Assembly (NCBI GenBank): GCA_016203945.1
Contig: JACQLT010000002.1
Span: 73,585-137,584 of the forward strand
Source of the DNA: Parcubacteria group bacterium
Lineage (GTDB): Bacteria; Patescibacteriota; Minisyncoccia; Minisyncoccales; UBA10102
Length of the DNA: 64,000 nt
Direction of reading: 5' to 3'
This document shows positions 56,159 to 64,000 of the stretch, piece after piece. Every line of letters starts with the position of its first letter. The first letter of the stretch is position 1. The position numbers and the translations under genes are program-made. Below the pieces are notes generated by a model that was given only the letters and a program-made list of their open reading frames with translations, was not told where the DNA came from and made no database searches.

Positions 56159-57493
56159 CTACTGCGTGCGGGAACCGAGCTCCACGTTTATAGTTTTTTC
56201 TTGAGAACCAGAGAATATGGTAAGGGTTACGAAATCTCCCGGATCGTATTTCTGGATGATAGTGCCCAACGAGTTGTCCTGCGTAATCCGCTCTCCGTTC
56301 AGTCGCAAAATGACATCTCCTGCCCTGAGTCCTGCCTTGGCTGCGGGAGATCCGGGTTCAATCGCAGCCTCTCCGCTCTCACCCCTCACCACGAGGGCGC
56401 CGTAGTCCACCGTCAGATTCCGGTCTTTCTGCACGGCCGATGTGACCCCAACATATCTGACGCCCAAAAATGCATAGGTGATTTCGCCTCCTTTGCGCAC
56501 CTGATCAATAGAACGCCTCACCTTGTTTATGGGAATCGCAAATCCGATGCTCTGAGCTCCCGAAACAGTCGCGGTGTCCATGCCGATCACTTGGCCCGCA
56601 AGATTGAGAAGCGGCCCTCCGGAGTTTCCCTGGTTGATTGCGGCATCCGTCTGAATGACATCTTCAATTGTTTCTACGAAAGTTCCTCCGGTCGCTGTGA
56701 TGGTGCGGCCGAGCCCGGACACCACGCCCGTAGACACCGTGTTGCGGAACTCTCCAAGCGCGTTGCCAATAGCAATGACCGTCTGGCCTATTTGCAGGGC
56801 GTCAGAGTCCCCGAGATTCGCCACCGGGAAACCTCCGTTGGGATTTTCTATCTTCAGAATGGCAAGATCCTGTACGGGGTCCCGCGCGAGCACCTTGGCA
56901 GGATATGACTTGCCGTCGTTCGTAAAGACGGTGTATTCTGCTTTCTCGTCAAGCACCACATGCTTATTCGTCACCACTAGGCCGTCGGCCGCAACGATGA
57001 ATCCGGATCCCCCGCCCACCTCTTTCTTTTCCGTGCCGCGTTGCCGGTACTGGGGGACTTCAACCTTGAAGGGCGATCCTTCTCCGAACGGATTGACAAA
57101 GTATTGTTCCACAATGGGAACATCCTTTGTGATTACGATAGACACCACGGCTGGAGAAACGCTCTCCACGGCTCCGATGATCTTTTCTTCCTGGGTCGTC
57201 TGGGGGACATACGAGGTTTCAAACCCCGGAGAAAACGTGCTCTGAAGATCTATTAATTCGCGCGAGAATAGTCCGCCTCCTTTGGCGTAGTACGACCCTG
57301 CCAATCCTCCAAAGAATCCTGCCACGACAGCTCCCACGAATATGCCTGCCACGAACAAAGCCGCCTTCTCTTGAAAGAAGGAAGGCATTTTTATATGAAG
57401 CCGCGGCATCCGGAACTTGCCCCGTATAAATGCAAGCATTCTTCGGGGCTTGCGCGGCAGCTGCGGAAACGAAGGAAGATCGTAAAGGCTCAT
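56159..57493 (-). CDS. htrA: HtrA/DegP-family serine protease with PDZ domain, membrane anchored
   Basis: Catalytic H (TNKHVV), D (DLAILKI), S (GNSGGPLLN), PDZ C-terminus; start may be an internal Met. Confidence 0.8.
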   Translation of the reverse strand: MSLYDLPSFPQLPRKPRRMLAFIRGKFRMPRLHIKMPSFFQEKAALFVAGIFVGAVVAGFFGGLAGSYYAKGGGLFSRELIDLQSTFSPGFETSYVPQTTQEEKIIGAVESVSPAVVSIVITKDVPIVEQYFVNPFGEGSPFKVEVPQYRQRGTEKKEVGGGSGFIVAADGLVVTNKHVVLDEKAEYTVFTNDGKSYPAKVLARDPVQDLAILKIENPNGGFPVANLGDSDALQIGQTVIAIGNALGEFRNTVSTGVVSGLGRTITATGGTFVETIEDVIQTDAAINQGNSGGPLLNLAGQVIGMDTATVSGAQSIGFAIPINKVRRSIDQVRKGGEITYAFLGVRYVGVTSAVQKDRNLTVDYGALVVRGESGEAAIEPGSPAAKAGLRAGDVILRLNGERITQDNSLGTIIQKYDPGDFVTLTIFSGSQEKTINVELGSRTQ

Positions 57494-57505
57494 AGAGTAC
57501 CGCTA

Positions 57506-58693
57506 TTATACGACCCGCTTGCGGAGCTGGTCAACTAAAGGAGGGAGCGTCTTTAAGACCCGCACGATATCCTCTTTTGTTGTGCGCCTACCAAGGGTGA
57601 TGCGCAACGAGCCCAGGGCTTCTTTGGGAGACATGCCGAGCGCCAACAATACGTGTGAGGGCTCCTGAGAACGCTCAGAACACGCGGATCCCGTAGAAAC
57701 CGCAACGCCCTTCTGGTCAAGCAGCATGACTAAATCCCTCCCCTCTATTCTGGCAAACGTGAAGTGCGCGTTATTTGGAAGGCGCCTTGCCATGGAACCC
57801 GTGCAGGCGCTCTCTGGAATCTGCTTTAACACGCTCTTGATGAGTTGATCCCGCATGTGGCGGATGCGCACTGCTTCCACCTGAACCTTGGGGCTCTGGA
57901 GATCGGCCAGCGCTTTTCCCATACCAACGATCGCCGCCACATTTTCCGTACCGGAGCGCAGTCCCCCCTCCTGGGACCCTCCCTCCAGCAGAGGATCTAC
58001 TGCCACCCCTTTGCGCACGAACAACAGCCCTGCGCCCTTGGGCCCGTAGATCTTATGCGAACTCAGCGTACACAGATCTATGTGAAGCTGTTCAACGCTG
58101 CAATCCAGAAAATTTGCGGCTTGCGCCGCATCCGTGTGGAATACGACTGACGATTTTTTTTTCTCTCTGATCATGCGCCCGATTTCAGCTATCGGCTGCA
58201 CGGTGCCGATCTCGCTGTTCGCGTACTGCACGGAAACCAACACGGTATTCTCTTTGATTGCTTTCCCAACGTCTTCTGCATGCACTATCCCATCCTTGCC
58301 AGCTGGTATATATGTAGCCTCTATAATCCCTTCTTTCTCCAATTTCTGAATTGGCGCCAACACCGACTCGTGCTCTATTGCCGAAGTAATCACGTGCGGC
58401 TTGACCGTTTGCTCGCCCTGAGCCGCGTCGAAAGGTCGAACCACTCCCCGAATGGCGAGATTGTTCGCTTCTGTGGCTCCTGAGGTAAAGACGACTTCAT
58501 CTGCTGCGCAATGCAGGAAGGACGAGGCCTGCAATCGAGCCCGCTCAAGCGCCGAGGTAGCTCTCTGCCCCATGTGATGGAGAGAAGAAGGATTGCCGTA
58601 TTCCTGCTTCAGATACGGCATCATTACGACGAGCACGCCGGGATCCACCGGGGTTGACGCGGCATAGTCGAGATAGAGTGTTTTCTTTCTCAT
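57506..58693 (-). CDS. cysteine desulfurase (NifS/IscS family)
   Basis: LYLDYAASTPVDP N-terminus, PLP lysine loop SSHKIYGPKGAGLLFVR. Confidence 0.85.
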   Translation of the reverse strand: MRKKTLYLDYAASTPVDPGVLVVMMPYLKQEYGNPSSLHHMGQRATSALERARLQASSFLHCAADEVVFTSGATEANNLAIRGVVRPFDAAQGEQTVKPHVITSAIEHESVLAPIQKLEKEGIIEATYIPAGKDGIVHAEDVGKAIKENTVLVSVQYANSEIGTVQPIAEIGRMIREKKKSSVVFHTDAAQAANFLDCSVEQLHIDLCTLSSHKIYGPKGAGLLFVRKGVAVDPLLEGGSQEGGLRSGTENVAAIVGMGKALADLQSPKVQVEAVRIRHMRDQLIKSVLKQIPESACTGSMARRLPNNAHFTFARIEGRDLVMLLDQKGVAVSTGSACSERSQEPSHVLLALGMSPKEALGSLRITLGRRTTKEDIVRVLKTLPPLVDQLRKRVV

Positions 58694-59466
58694 GCGTTTT
58701 CCTTGTGGGAATGCAGTTTTCTAATCTTGGAAAGATGTTCAAACCGGTACTTGAAAATGTCCGAGCGAATGGGGCCAATAAGGATCATGTATACCTCTGC
58801 AAGCAGGTACTGGACGATGATTTTTTTCATGTCATCTTCGGCTCTCCGCGGAGAAACGAAAAACTGGTGTTTTGTCAAAAATCCAAACTTTCCTTGTTTT
58901 GCCCCAGCCCGAATGTACATAAAATCCTCACCAAGTTTGATTGTTTCGTCAAAACCGCCCACTGCTTCATGCAGCCACTTCTTTATCACGATGCAGTTGG
59001 TGGCATGCGGGTAGAATTTCTCAATACTCTTGAAGTACAGAGTATACAATTTCTCAAAGAGGCGATAAATCTTTTTTTTCCCGTGTATTTTCATGGAACA
59101 TCCCGCAATGTCCAGACGCCTTCGCTCAAACTCTGGAAGAAAACGCTCCAGGAACTTTGGGGGCAGTATCGCGTCCGCATCCAAAAATATCAAGATTTCG
59201 CCCTTTGCGACTTTTGCTCCCTCGTTCCTTCCCTTGCCCGGCATCCCCCCTTTAACCACCCTGCACCCGAACGCTCGTGCGATCTCAACGGTGGCATCTT
59301 TGGAATCCGCATCTGCGACAATAACTTCAAGATCTTTAAACTTCTGCTTCTTAATGGAACGGAGGGCTTTGGGCAAATAGAGCTCTTCGTTTAGAGTGGG
59401 AATAATAATGCTGACTCTGGGCCGCATGCCTACCAGTATATCATACGTTCCTTTCTGGTCCTCCAA
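58690..59466 (-). CDS. family 2 glycosyltransferase
   Basis: VSIIIPTLNEE, VIVADADSKD (DxD-type). Confidence 0.75.
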   Translation of the reverse strand: MEDQKGTYDILVGMRPRVSIIIPTLNEELYLPKALRSIKKQKFKDLEVIVADADSKDATVEIARAFGCRVVKGGMPGKGRNEGAKVAKGEILIFLDADAILPPKFLERFLPEFERRRLDIAGCSMKIHGKKKIYRLFEKLYTLYFKSIEKFYPHATNCIVIKKWLHEAVGGFDETIKLGEDFMYIRAGAKQGKFGFLTKHQFFVSPRRAEDDMKKIIVQYLLAEVYMILIGPIRSDIFKYRFEHLSKIRKLHSHKENA

Positions 59467-60911
59467 ACAAAGAGGCCCGCTCCCGCGAACAGCGTGGCAG
59501 AAACAAAAGTAGCTCCCTCGCCCACGGCAACTGCCGCGAACGGAAGACGGGAGAATGCCTCTGCTACAAACGAAAAATAGGAGAGGAGGAATATGAGGGG
59601 CAGGGAGAACAAGAATGCCGCGGCGCTCCCCAGCAAGTTTCCTGCCAGCAGAAATACCAGACCGGCCCCCACGAGCAAGGGAGCTATGGGGCCTATGAGA
59701 ATATTCGTGATTGGAGATACAAGAGACACGAAACCGAAGTTTGAGATGATGATTGGAAGCGTAAACAGCTGGGCTGCGATGGTCATTGCCGCAACGTCGC
59801 GAATGCCGAACATCTCAGGAAGCCGCGCGAATGCCCTTCTGAAATACGCATGGCACCATAAAATCCCCAGAACCGCGAGAAACGAAAGCTGAAAGCCAAC
59901 ATCCCGTGAGAGAAGCAGGGGGTTGAGCGCCAGCATGACAGCTCCCGCAAACGCCAATGCCCGAATGGAGTCGCTCCTTCTGCCAGCAAGCGTTCCTGCC
60001 ATTCCCAAGGTTCCCATAATGCCTGCGCGAATGGCAGAGGCCTCAAATCCGGTCACGACGATAAACAGGATGACGAACGCGAGAACGAGAAGAGTGGCCT
60101 GCTTCTTCCATAGCCCGAGCATGAGAAAGACCGGCAGCAGAATTGCTGAGAATATGGTGATGTGCTGCCCTGAGATTGCGGTGACGTGCGTGAGCCCGGT
60201 GCGATTAAGCGCCGTTGAAAAATCGTCCGACCAGTCGCTTTTGTCCGCGAGCAGGGTGGCGGCCAGAATACCGCTTTCAGGAGGAGAGAAGTAATTTCTT
60301 ACCATTTCTTTCCATTTCGTCTTTTGCTCAAACAGCCGGCGCATGAAGCCATCTGCAAGATGTTGAGGGGGCTCAATCCCCAAGCTCGCGATCGTGGGAT
60401 AGTACATCACCGCATACACGCCGTCCTTTGCCAGATACCTACGGTAATTAAAATCTTCAAATACAGCGGGGGTTTGGAGCTTGCCCTGCACGGATATCGT
60501 TTCTCCATAGTGCCAGCTTGTAAATGGGTTTGTAGTGAGAAGAATCAGTCCCTGTTGTTCGCCTTTGGGTGCCACGACAAGGCGGCTGCTCCCCTTACGC
60601 TCTTCTGGATCTCTTACGATCGTTCCTGAAAACGCGAATGGCTCTTGGCGCTCTATAAGATCTTCGAAGTGCGCAGAAAGAAGATTCTCTCTTGCGATTG
60701 CCTGGGTATGCCGCGCAATTCCCACCAAACAGCTCACCAAGAAAACTGCACAGAGTACGGCTCTCGAATCGCGAAAGGGGGCGAGAAGAAAACAAACGCC
60801 AGCCGTGGCAAAGAGAAGCTGGACGAAAAAAGGAATTGAAACGGCGGACGAAAGGGCGACGCCTCCAATGAATGCCCAGGCCCCGAAGAACAGCAAGCGG
60901 GAAATTCTCAT
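59430..60911 (-). CDS. ComEC/Rec2-family competence membrane protein (no C-terminal metallo-beta-lactamase domain)
   Basis: Competence-domain motif GLTHVTAISGQHITIF, many TM helices; 493 aa. Confidence 0.7.
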   Translation of the reverse strand: MRISRLLFFGAWAFIGGVALSSAVSIPFFVQLLFATAGVCFLLAPFRDSRAVLCAVFLVSCLVGIARHTQAIARENLLSAHFEDLIERQEPFAFSGTIVRDPEERKGSSRLVVAPKGEQQGLILLTTNPFTSWHYGETISVQGKLQTPAVFEDFNYRRYLAKDGVYAVMYYPTIASLGIEPPQHLADGFMRRLFEQKTKWKEMVRNYFSPPESGILAATLLADKSDWSDDFSTALNRTGLTHVTAISGQHITIFSAILLPVFLMLGLWKKQATLLVLAFVILFIVVTGFEASAIRAGIMGTLGMAGTLAGRRSDSIRALAFAGAVMLALNPLLLSRDVGFQLSFLAVLGILWCHAYFRRAFARLPEMFGIRDVAAMTIAAQLFTLPIIISNFGFVSLVSPITNILIGPIAPLLVGAGLVFLLAGNLLGSAAAFLFSLPLIFLLSYFSFVAEAFSRLPFAAVAVGEGATFVSATLFAGAGLFVWRTRKERMIYW

Positions 60912-61870
60912 TCCCTCGGGCGTAGCCCTATGGGCGAGCTATTGGGAAATCCGCAAGCGAGCACTGTAATCTGTACTTCTCCTGGCTTTAAATCCCTATC
61001 CCGAACCGCTCCGAAGATAGTTTTGGCTTCGGGGCTCGCCTTCTGGCGCAGAATGTGCGCCGTCTCTTCAACTTCCGCCAACGACAAATCATCGAGCCCT
61101 GCGATATTGAAGAGAATCCCCCGCGCGCCCTGTATGGAAAGCGCAAGAAATGGCGAGTTCAGCGCCCGGTCAAGGGCTTGCGTGATGCGACGCTCTCCCT
61201 TTGCCTTTCCCATGCCGAATACGGCTCTTCCCGAACGCGCCATGAGATTGCGCACGTCCGCAAAGTCTACGTTGATGAGACCGGGCTTGGTGATAAGGTC
61301 GGAAATTCCCTGGACTGCCTGGCGCAACACCTCGTCTGCGGCCCAAAACGCATCCACCAGAGTGATGTCTGGAGAAGCGAGTTCCAGCACCCTATCATTG
61401 GGAATGACGAGAAGGGTATCCACGATGCGCTCCAGATCTTTCAGGGCTGCTTGGGCAAGCCGCGAGCGCCAGGATCCTTCAAAAGAAAAAGGTAGTCCCA
61501 CTACGGCCACCGTAAGCGCCCCTTGCTCTTTCGCAAGATGAGCAATAACGGGAGCAGCTCCTCCTCCGGTGCCTCCTCCAAGGCCCGCTGCCAAAAATAC
61601 CATGTCAGATCCTTTTAGCGCCTGCGATATTTCAGCTGCGCTTTCCTGAGCCGCCTTTTTGCCAAGCTCGGGATTCATACCAGCTCCCAATCCTTTCGTA
61701 CTTGCCTCGCCAATGCGAAGCTTCCGATGCGCTCTGACGCTCTTGAGGTCCTGTACATCGGTGTTCGCCGCAATAAGGTCAATACCCTTAAGGTCGGCTG
61801 CCATCATGCGATCCACCGCGTTTCCCCCGGCTCCCCCTATGCCGATAAGTTTGATGATTGCCTTGTTCAT
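60908..61870 (-). CDS. ftsZ: cell division protein FtsZ (short, 320 aa)
   Basis: GIGGAGGNAV and GGGTGGGAAPVIA tubulin signature. Confidence 0.95.
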   Translation of the reverse strand: MNKAIIKLIGIGGAGGNAVDRMMAADLKGIDLIAANTDVQDLKSVRAHRKLRIGEASTKGLGAGMNPELGKKAAQESAAEISQALKGSDMVFLAAGLGGGTGGGAAPVIAHLAKEQGALTVAVVGLPFSFEGSWRSRLAQAALKDLERIVDTLLVIPNDRVLELASPDITLVDAFWAADEVLRQAVQGISDLITKPGLINVDFADVRNLMARSGRAVFGMGKAKGERRITQALDRALNSPFLALSIQGARGILFNIAGLDDLSLAEVEETAHILRQKASPEAKTIFGAVRDRDLKPGEVQITVLACGFPNSSPIGLRPRE

Positions 61871-63075
61871 GGTAGGAATACTCTAATTGCTTTCTTCACG
61901 GTTTTCCAGGCGTTGCCGGGACGGGAACCGTGGACCCCGCCTCCGGATTCTGCTATTTCATAAGCCCTGCGCACCAACCCCATTGCCCCGAAGAATGCGG
62001 GGTCTGCCTGCGCGTTCCAAATACCCTGGGGAGTTCCCCGTTTTACCGACACGCGGAATTCTTTCTTGCCGAACTCTATGACCCCGGGAAGTTTCACTCC
62101 GCCCCCTGCCAGAATAACTCCGGCTGGCAGCTTGCCTTGCCGAGCCACCTTTTTCAGCTCCTTGTTTGCGAGCTGAAAAATCTCCTGCATGCGGGAAGCA
62201 ATGATGTAGGTGAGAAGCTTGCGGGGAAACTTGATTTCCTCTCCTCCTTCAATCTGTACCCTCTCAACGCGCTTTCCCTGCGAAGAAAGGCAACTCCCAT
62301 ATTCCTTCTTGATGATTTCTGCTACCTCCGGAACCGTACGCAGCCCAATGGCGATATCCTGAGTAATATTGTCAGAACCTATGGGAAGCACCGCGAGATG
62401 GATAAGATCTCCTTCTTCAAACACGGCGAGTCCGCAGGTAGCCGCTCCCACGTCCAAAAGCGCAACTCCCGACTCTTTCTGGTTGGGAGACAAAAGCGCG
62501 TGAGCAGAAGCCAGAGGAGCTGGCACGATGTCTGCGATTTCCAGGCCCGAGGCGAGCACGGCGTCGCTCAGGTGTTTCACGTAGGGAGAGAAAGCACAGA
62601 TTGCGGCAACCTCCGTTTCCAAACGGATGCCCCTCATGCCCACGGCCTCCTTGACTCCGCCGTTTCCATCCACGATGAATTCTTGTGGAACCACCTCTAA
62701 AATCTCCTTATTGGAAGGGAGGGAAAGGGCTTGGGCTGCCTGCAGCACCCGCTCCACGTCTTCTTGCGAAATCTGGCCGTCGGCACGGGAAACCGCAACA
62801 ACCCCTCTTGAAGGGGTGATAAAGATATGGCTTCCGCCAATAGACACTACCGCTTCTTCTATTCTTCTGGAAATCGTCTGCTCAAGGCGCGTCTTGAGCG
62901 CGGAAATTCTCTTTGCGAGCTCTTCTGGATTCACCACGGCTCCCTTACGCACGCCCGCAGACTGCTCTTCTCCAAATGCGATGATCTCAAGTCCTTCGCC
63001 TTCTCCCTGGGGCTTTGCCGCAATCATCTTTAAGGAAGCGGATCCTATGTCCAGGCCGATAAAATGGGTCTTCAT
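61867..63075 (-). CDS. ftsA: cell division protein FtsA
   Basis: Actin-fold GLDIGSASLK, SHS2 insert, position upstream of ftsZ with ATGA overlap. Confidence 0.9.
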   Translation of the reverse strand: MKTHFIGLDIGSASLKMIAAKPQGEGEGLEIIAFGEEQSAGVRKGAVVNPEELAKRISALKTRLEQTISRRIEEAVVSIGGSHIFITPSRGVVAVSRADGQISQEDVERVLQAAQALSLPSNKEILEVVPQEFIVDGNGGVKEAVGMRGIRLETEVAAICAFSPYVKHLSDAVLASGLEIADIVPAPLASAHALLSPNQKESGVALLDVGAATCGLAVFEEGDLIHLAVLPIGSDNITQDIAIGLRTVPEVAEIIKKEYGSCLSSQGKRVERVQIEGGEEIKFPRKLLTYIIASRMQEIFQLANKELKKVARQGKLPAGVILAGGGVKLPGVIEFGKKEFRVSVKRGTPQGIWNAQADPAFFGAMGLVRRAYEIAESGGGVHGSRPGNAWKTVKKAIRVFLP

Positions 63076-63094
63076 AGTGAGCTTGTCGAATCTA

Positions 63095-63502
63095 TCATGA
63101 AATGCGAGAACGATATGACTTCTCCTTACTGGCCATTTGACTATGAGTATACCCGATCAGATGCAATATGCCGTGTACAAGCATCCAGGCCATTGCTCTT
63201 TTATATGATATACCATATTCTTTGGCATTTTTCCTAATCTCAGAAGGACACAGAACAACCTCTCCCAATCCAAGCTCTGGAATGGGCTTGCCCTGAGCGT
63301 CGTCGAAGGGAAAAGACAGCACGTTCGCAGCCCTGTCTTTCTTCCGGTATATTCTGTTGAGCTCAAGCATGCGTTTCTTCTCTAGCAGCACAATGGATAA
63401 CCCTGCTCCCCTCTGTTTTTCAAAGCGCAGCACCGACTGCGCAACTTTCTTTAAAAACTCCCGGGGGACAGTTTCTTTGGTAAGATTATTCAGCTCAATC
63501 AC
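63095..63502 (-). CDS. ybeY: rRNA maturation endoribonuclease YbeY
   Basis: HGILHLIGYTH zinc-binding H3xH5xH motif. Confidence 0.85.
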   Translation of the reverse strand: MIELNNLTKETVPREFLKKVAQSVLRFEKQRGAGLSIVLLEKKRMLELNRIYRKKDRAANVLSFPFDDAQGKPIPELGLGEVVLCPSEIRKNAKEYGISYKRAMAWMLVHGILHLIGYTHSQMASKEKSYRSRIS

Positions 63503-63542
63503 GATAATATATTGTATCCTTTTTTAGGATTCCATCAAGGCC

Positions 63543-63570
63543 TTGACTTCTCGTCCACATGCCCTATGCT
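63543..63570 (+). promoter_or_regulatory. sigma70-like promoter TTGACT-16-TATGCT
   Basis: GGCCTTGACTTCTCGTCCACATGCCCTATGCT. Confidence 0.35.
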
Positions 63571-63576
63571 GGCATC

Positions 63577-63697
63577 AGTATCCTCCTTATTAGGGGTTAA
63601 TCGCGTCGCGGAGTTTCTCTCCGTTTCGCCGCGAGCGCGGTTTTCCTGGGGGGCGACGAGGGCTTGCCTGACCCCTTTGTCGCCCCCCCCTTTTTTT
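63577..63697 (+). ncRNA. candidate small RNA ending in strong intrinsic terminator
   Basis: Internal hairpin CGCGTCGCGG...CCGCGAGCGCG; terminator GGGGGGCGAC...GTCGCCCCCC + T7 (63648-63697); second hairpin+T-run at 63751-63792. Confidence 0.25.
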
Positions 63698-63859
63698 ACC
63701 GCATTACCGCTAAAACCTAGCTCGCCAAGCAGCATCGGAGAAACACCAAAGGGGGTGTCAGCAATATGCTGGCACCCCCTCTTCATTTTTTATAACAACC
63801 TCTCCGGTTCCTCCTTGTTCCTTGTCCCGGACAAGGAAATGAGGACAAGGAGATGGTGG

Positions 63860-64000
63860 CTATGATAAGAGGTCTTTTACCTTTTGGCTGACGAGAGAAC
63901 CATCGGCACGACCCTTCACTTTAGGAGCAAGCGCTCCCATGACTTTGCCCAGATCTTTTGGGGCTGCGGCTCCCGTGTTTGTGATTGCCTCTTTAACCAA
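63860..64000 (-). CDS. GatB/YqeY-domain protein (C-terminal part; gene continues past window end)
   Basis: Reverse-strand translation ...LVKEAITNTGAAAPKDLGKVMGALAPKVKGRADGSLVSQKVKDLLS* matches YqeY C-terminus; stop at 63860-63862. Confidence 0.5.
   Translation of the reverse strand: MVKEAITNTGAAAPKDLGKVMGALAPKVKGRADGSLVSQKVKDLLS

Noticed and set aside
1-64000. CRISPR arrays, rRNA genes, transposases/integrases, phage structural genes
   Set aside because: No arrays of evenly spaced direct repeats, no rRNA-like conserved blocks, no DDE/tyrosine recombinase-like ORFs found on reading; the only phage-named gene is the widespread non-phage YvlD holin family.

Overview
The window reads as a likely Patescibacteria/CPR-type bacterial genome segment (inferred from gene content: lamin-tail-domain protein, O-antigen-ligase+TPR proteins, peptidoglycan-binding domains fused to surface proteins, DUF5667 anti-sigma, short FtsZ/UvrC/ComEC). 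Positions 1-26523 form one uninterrupted minus-strand run of about 28 genes with short gaps and many 4-nt ATGA overlaps. It encodes a pseudaminic-acid-type nonulosonic acid pathway: clear PseB and PseC orthologs, two NeuB/PseI-family synthases, a CMP-sugar cytidylyltransferase, GNAT acetyltransferases and an AsnB-like amidotransferase. Embedded in it is an acyl-carrier module (FkbH-like loader, ACP, AcpS, MaoC-dehydratase/FabG-reductase fusion, GNAT). The run also carries extra aminotransferases, Gfo/Idh/MocA oxidoreductases, four methyltransferases, an ATP-grasp enzyme, a PAPS-reductase-like PP-loop enzyme, an APH-like kinase, and NUDIX and HAD hydrolases. A DPM1-like GT2 and a polytopic membrane protein complete it. 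Directly downstream on the plus strand are two tandem Wzy_C(O-antigen-ligase-like)+TPR membrane paralogs. They converge on a 1142-aa secreted surface protein that has a peptidoglycan-binding domain, a Pro/Thr/Ser linker and Thr/Ser-rich beta-sandwich repeats. That surface-protein gene is preceded by an ECF sigma factor, a DUF5667 anti-sigma-like gene and a regulator. Together these look like a candidate surface-protein glycosylation system decorated with an unusual N-acylated nonulosonic acid. Positions 36.8-38.0 kb hold a small plus-strand island: an sRNA candidate, an orphan MraZ-like gene, a small membrane protein, and a palindromic repeat carrying perfect DnaA-box 9-mers. That repeat recurs at 52.6 kb. 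The rest is housekeeping: uvrA, uvrC, a YvlD-type holin-like protein, secG, a family-5 solute-binding protein with an inserted peptidoglycan-binding domain, tRNA-Leu(CAG), RNase J, trpS, phosphoglucomutase/phosphomannomutase, rpsF-ssb-rpsR, and an htrA-clpB-inactive-HtrA operon. Further downstream are iscS, a GT2, ComEC, ftsZ, ftsA and ybeY. A promoter/terminator-defined sRNA candidate sits at the 3' edge. No CRISPR array, rRNA or obvious transposase was seen.
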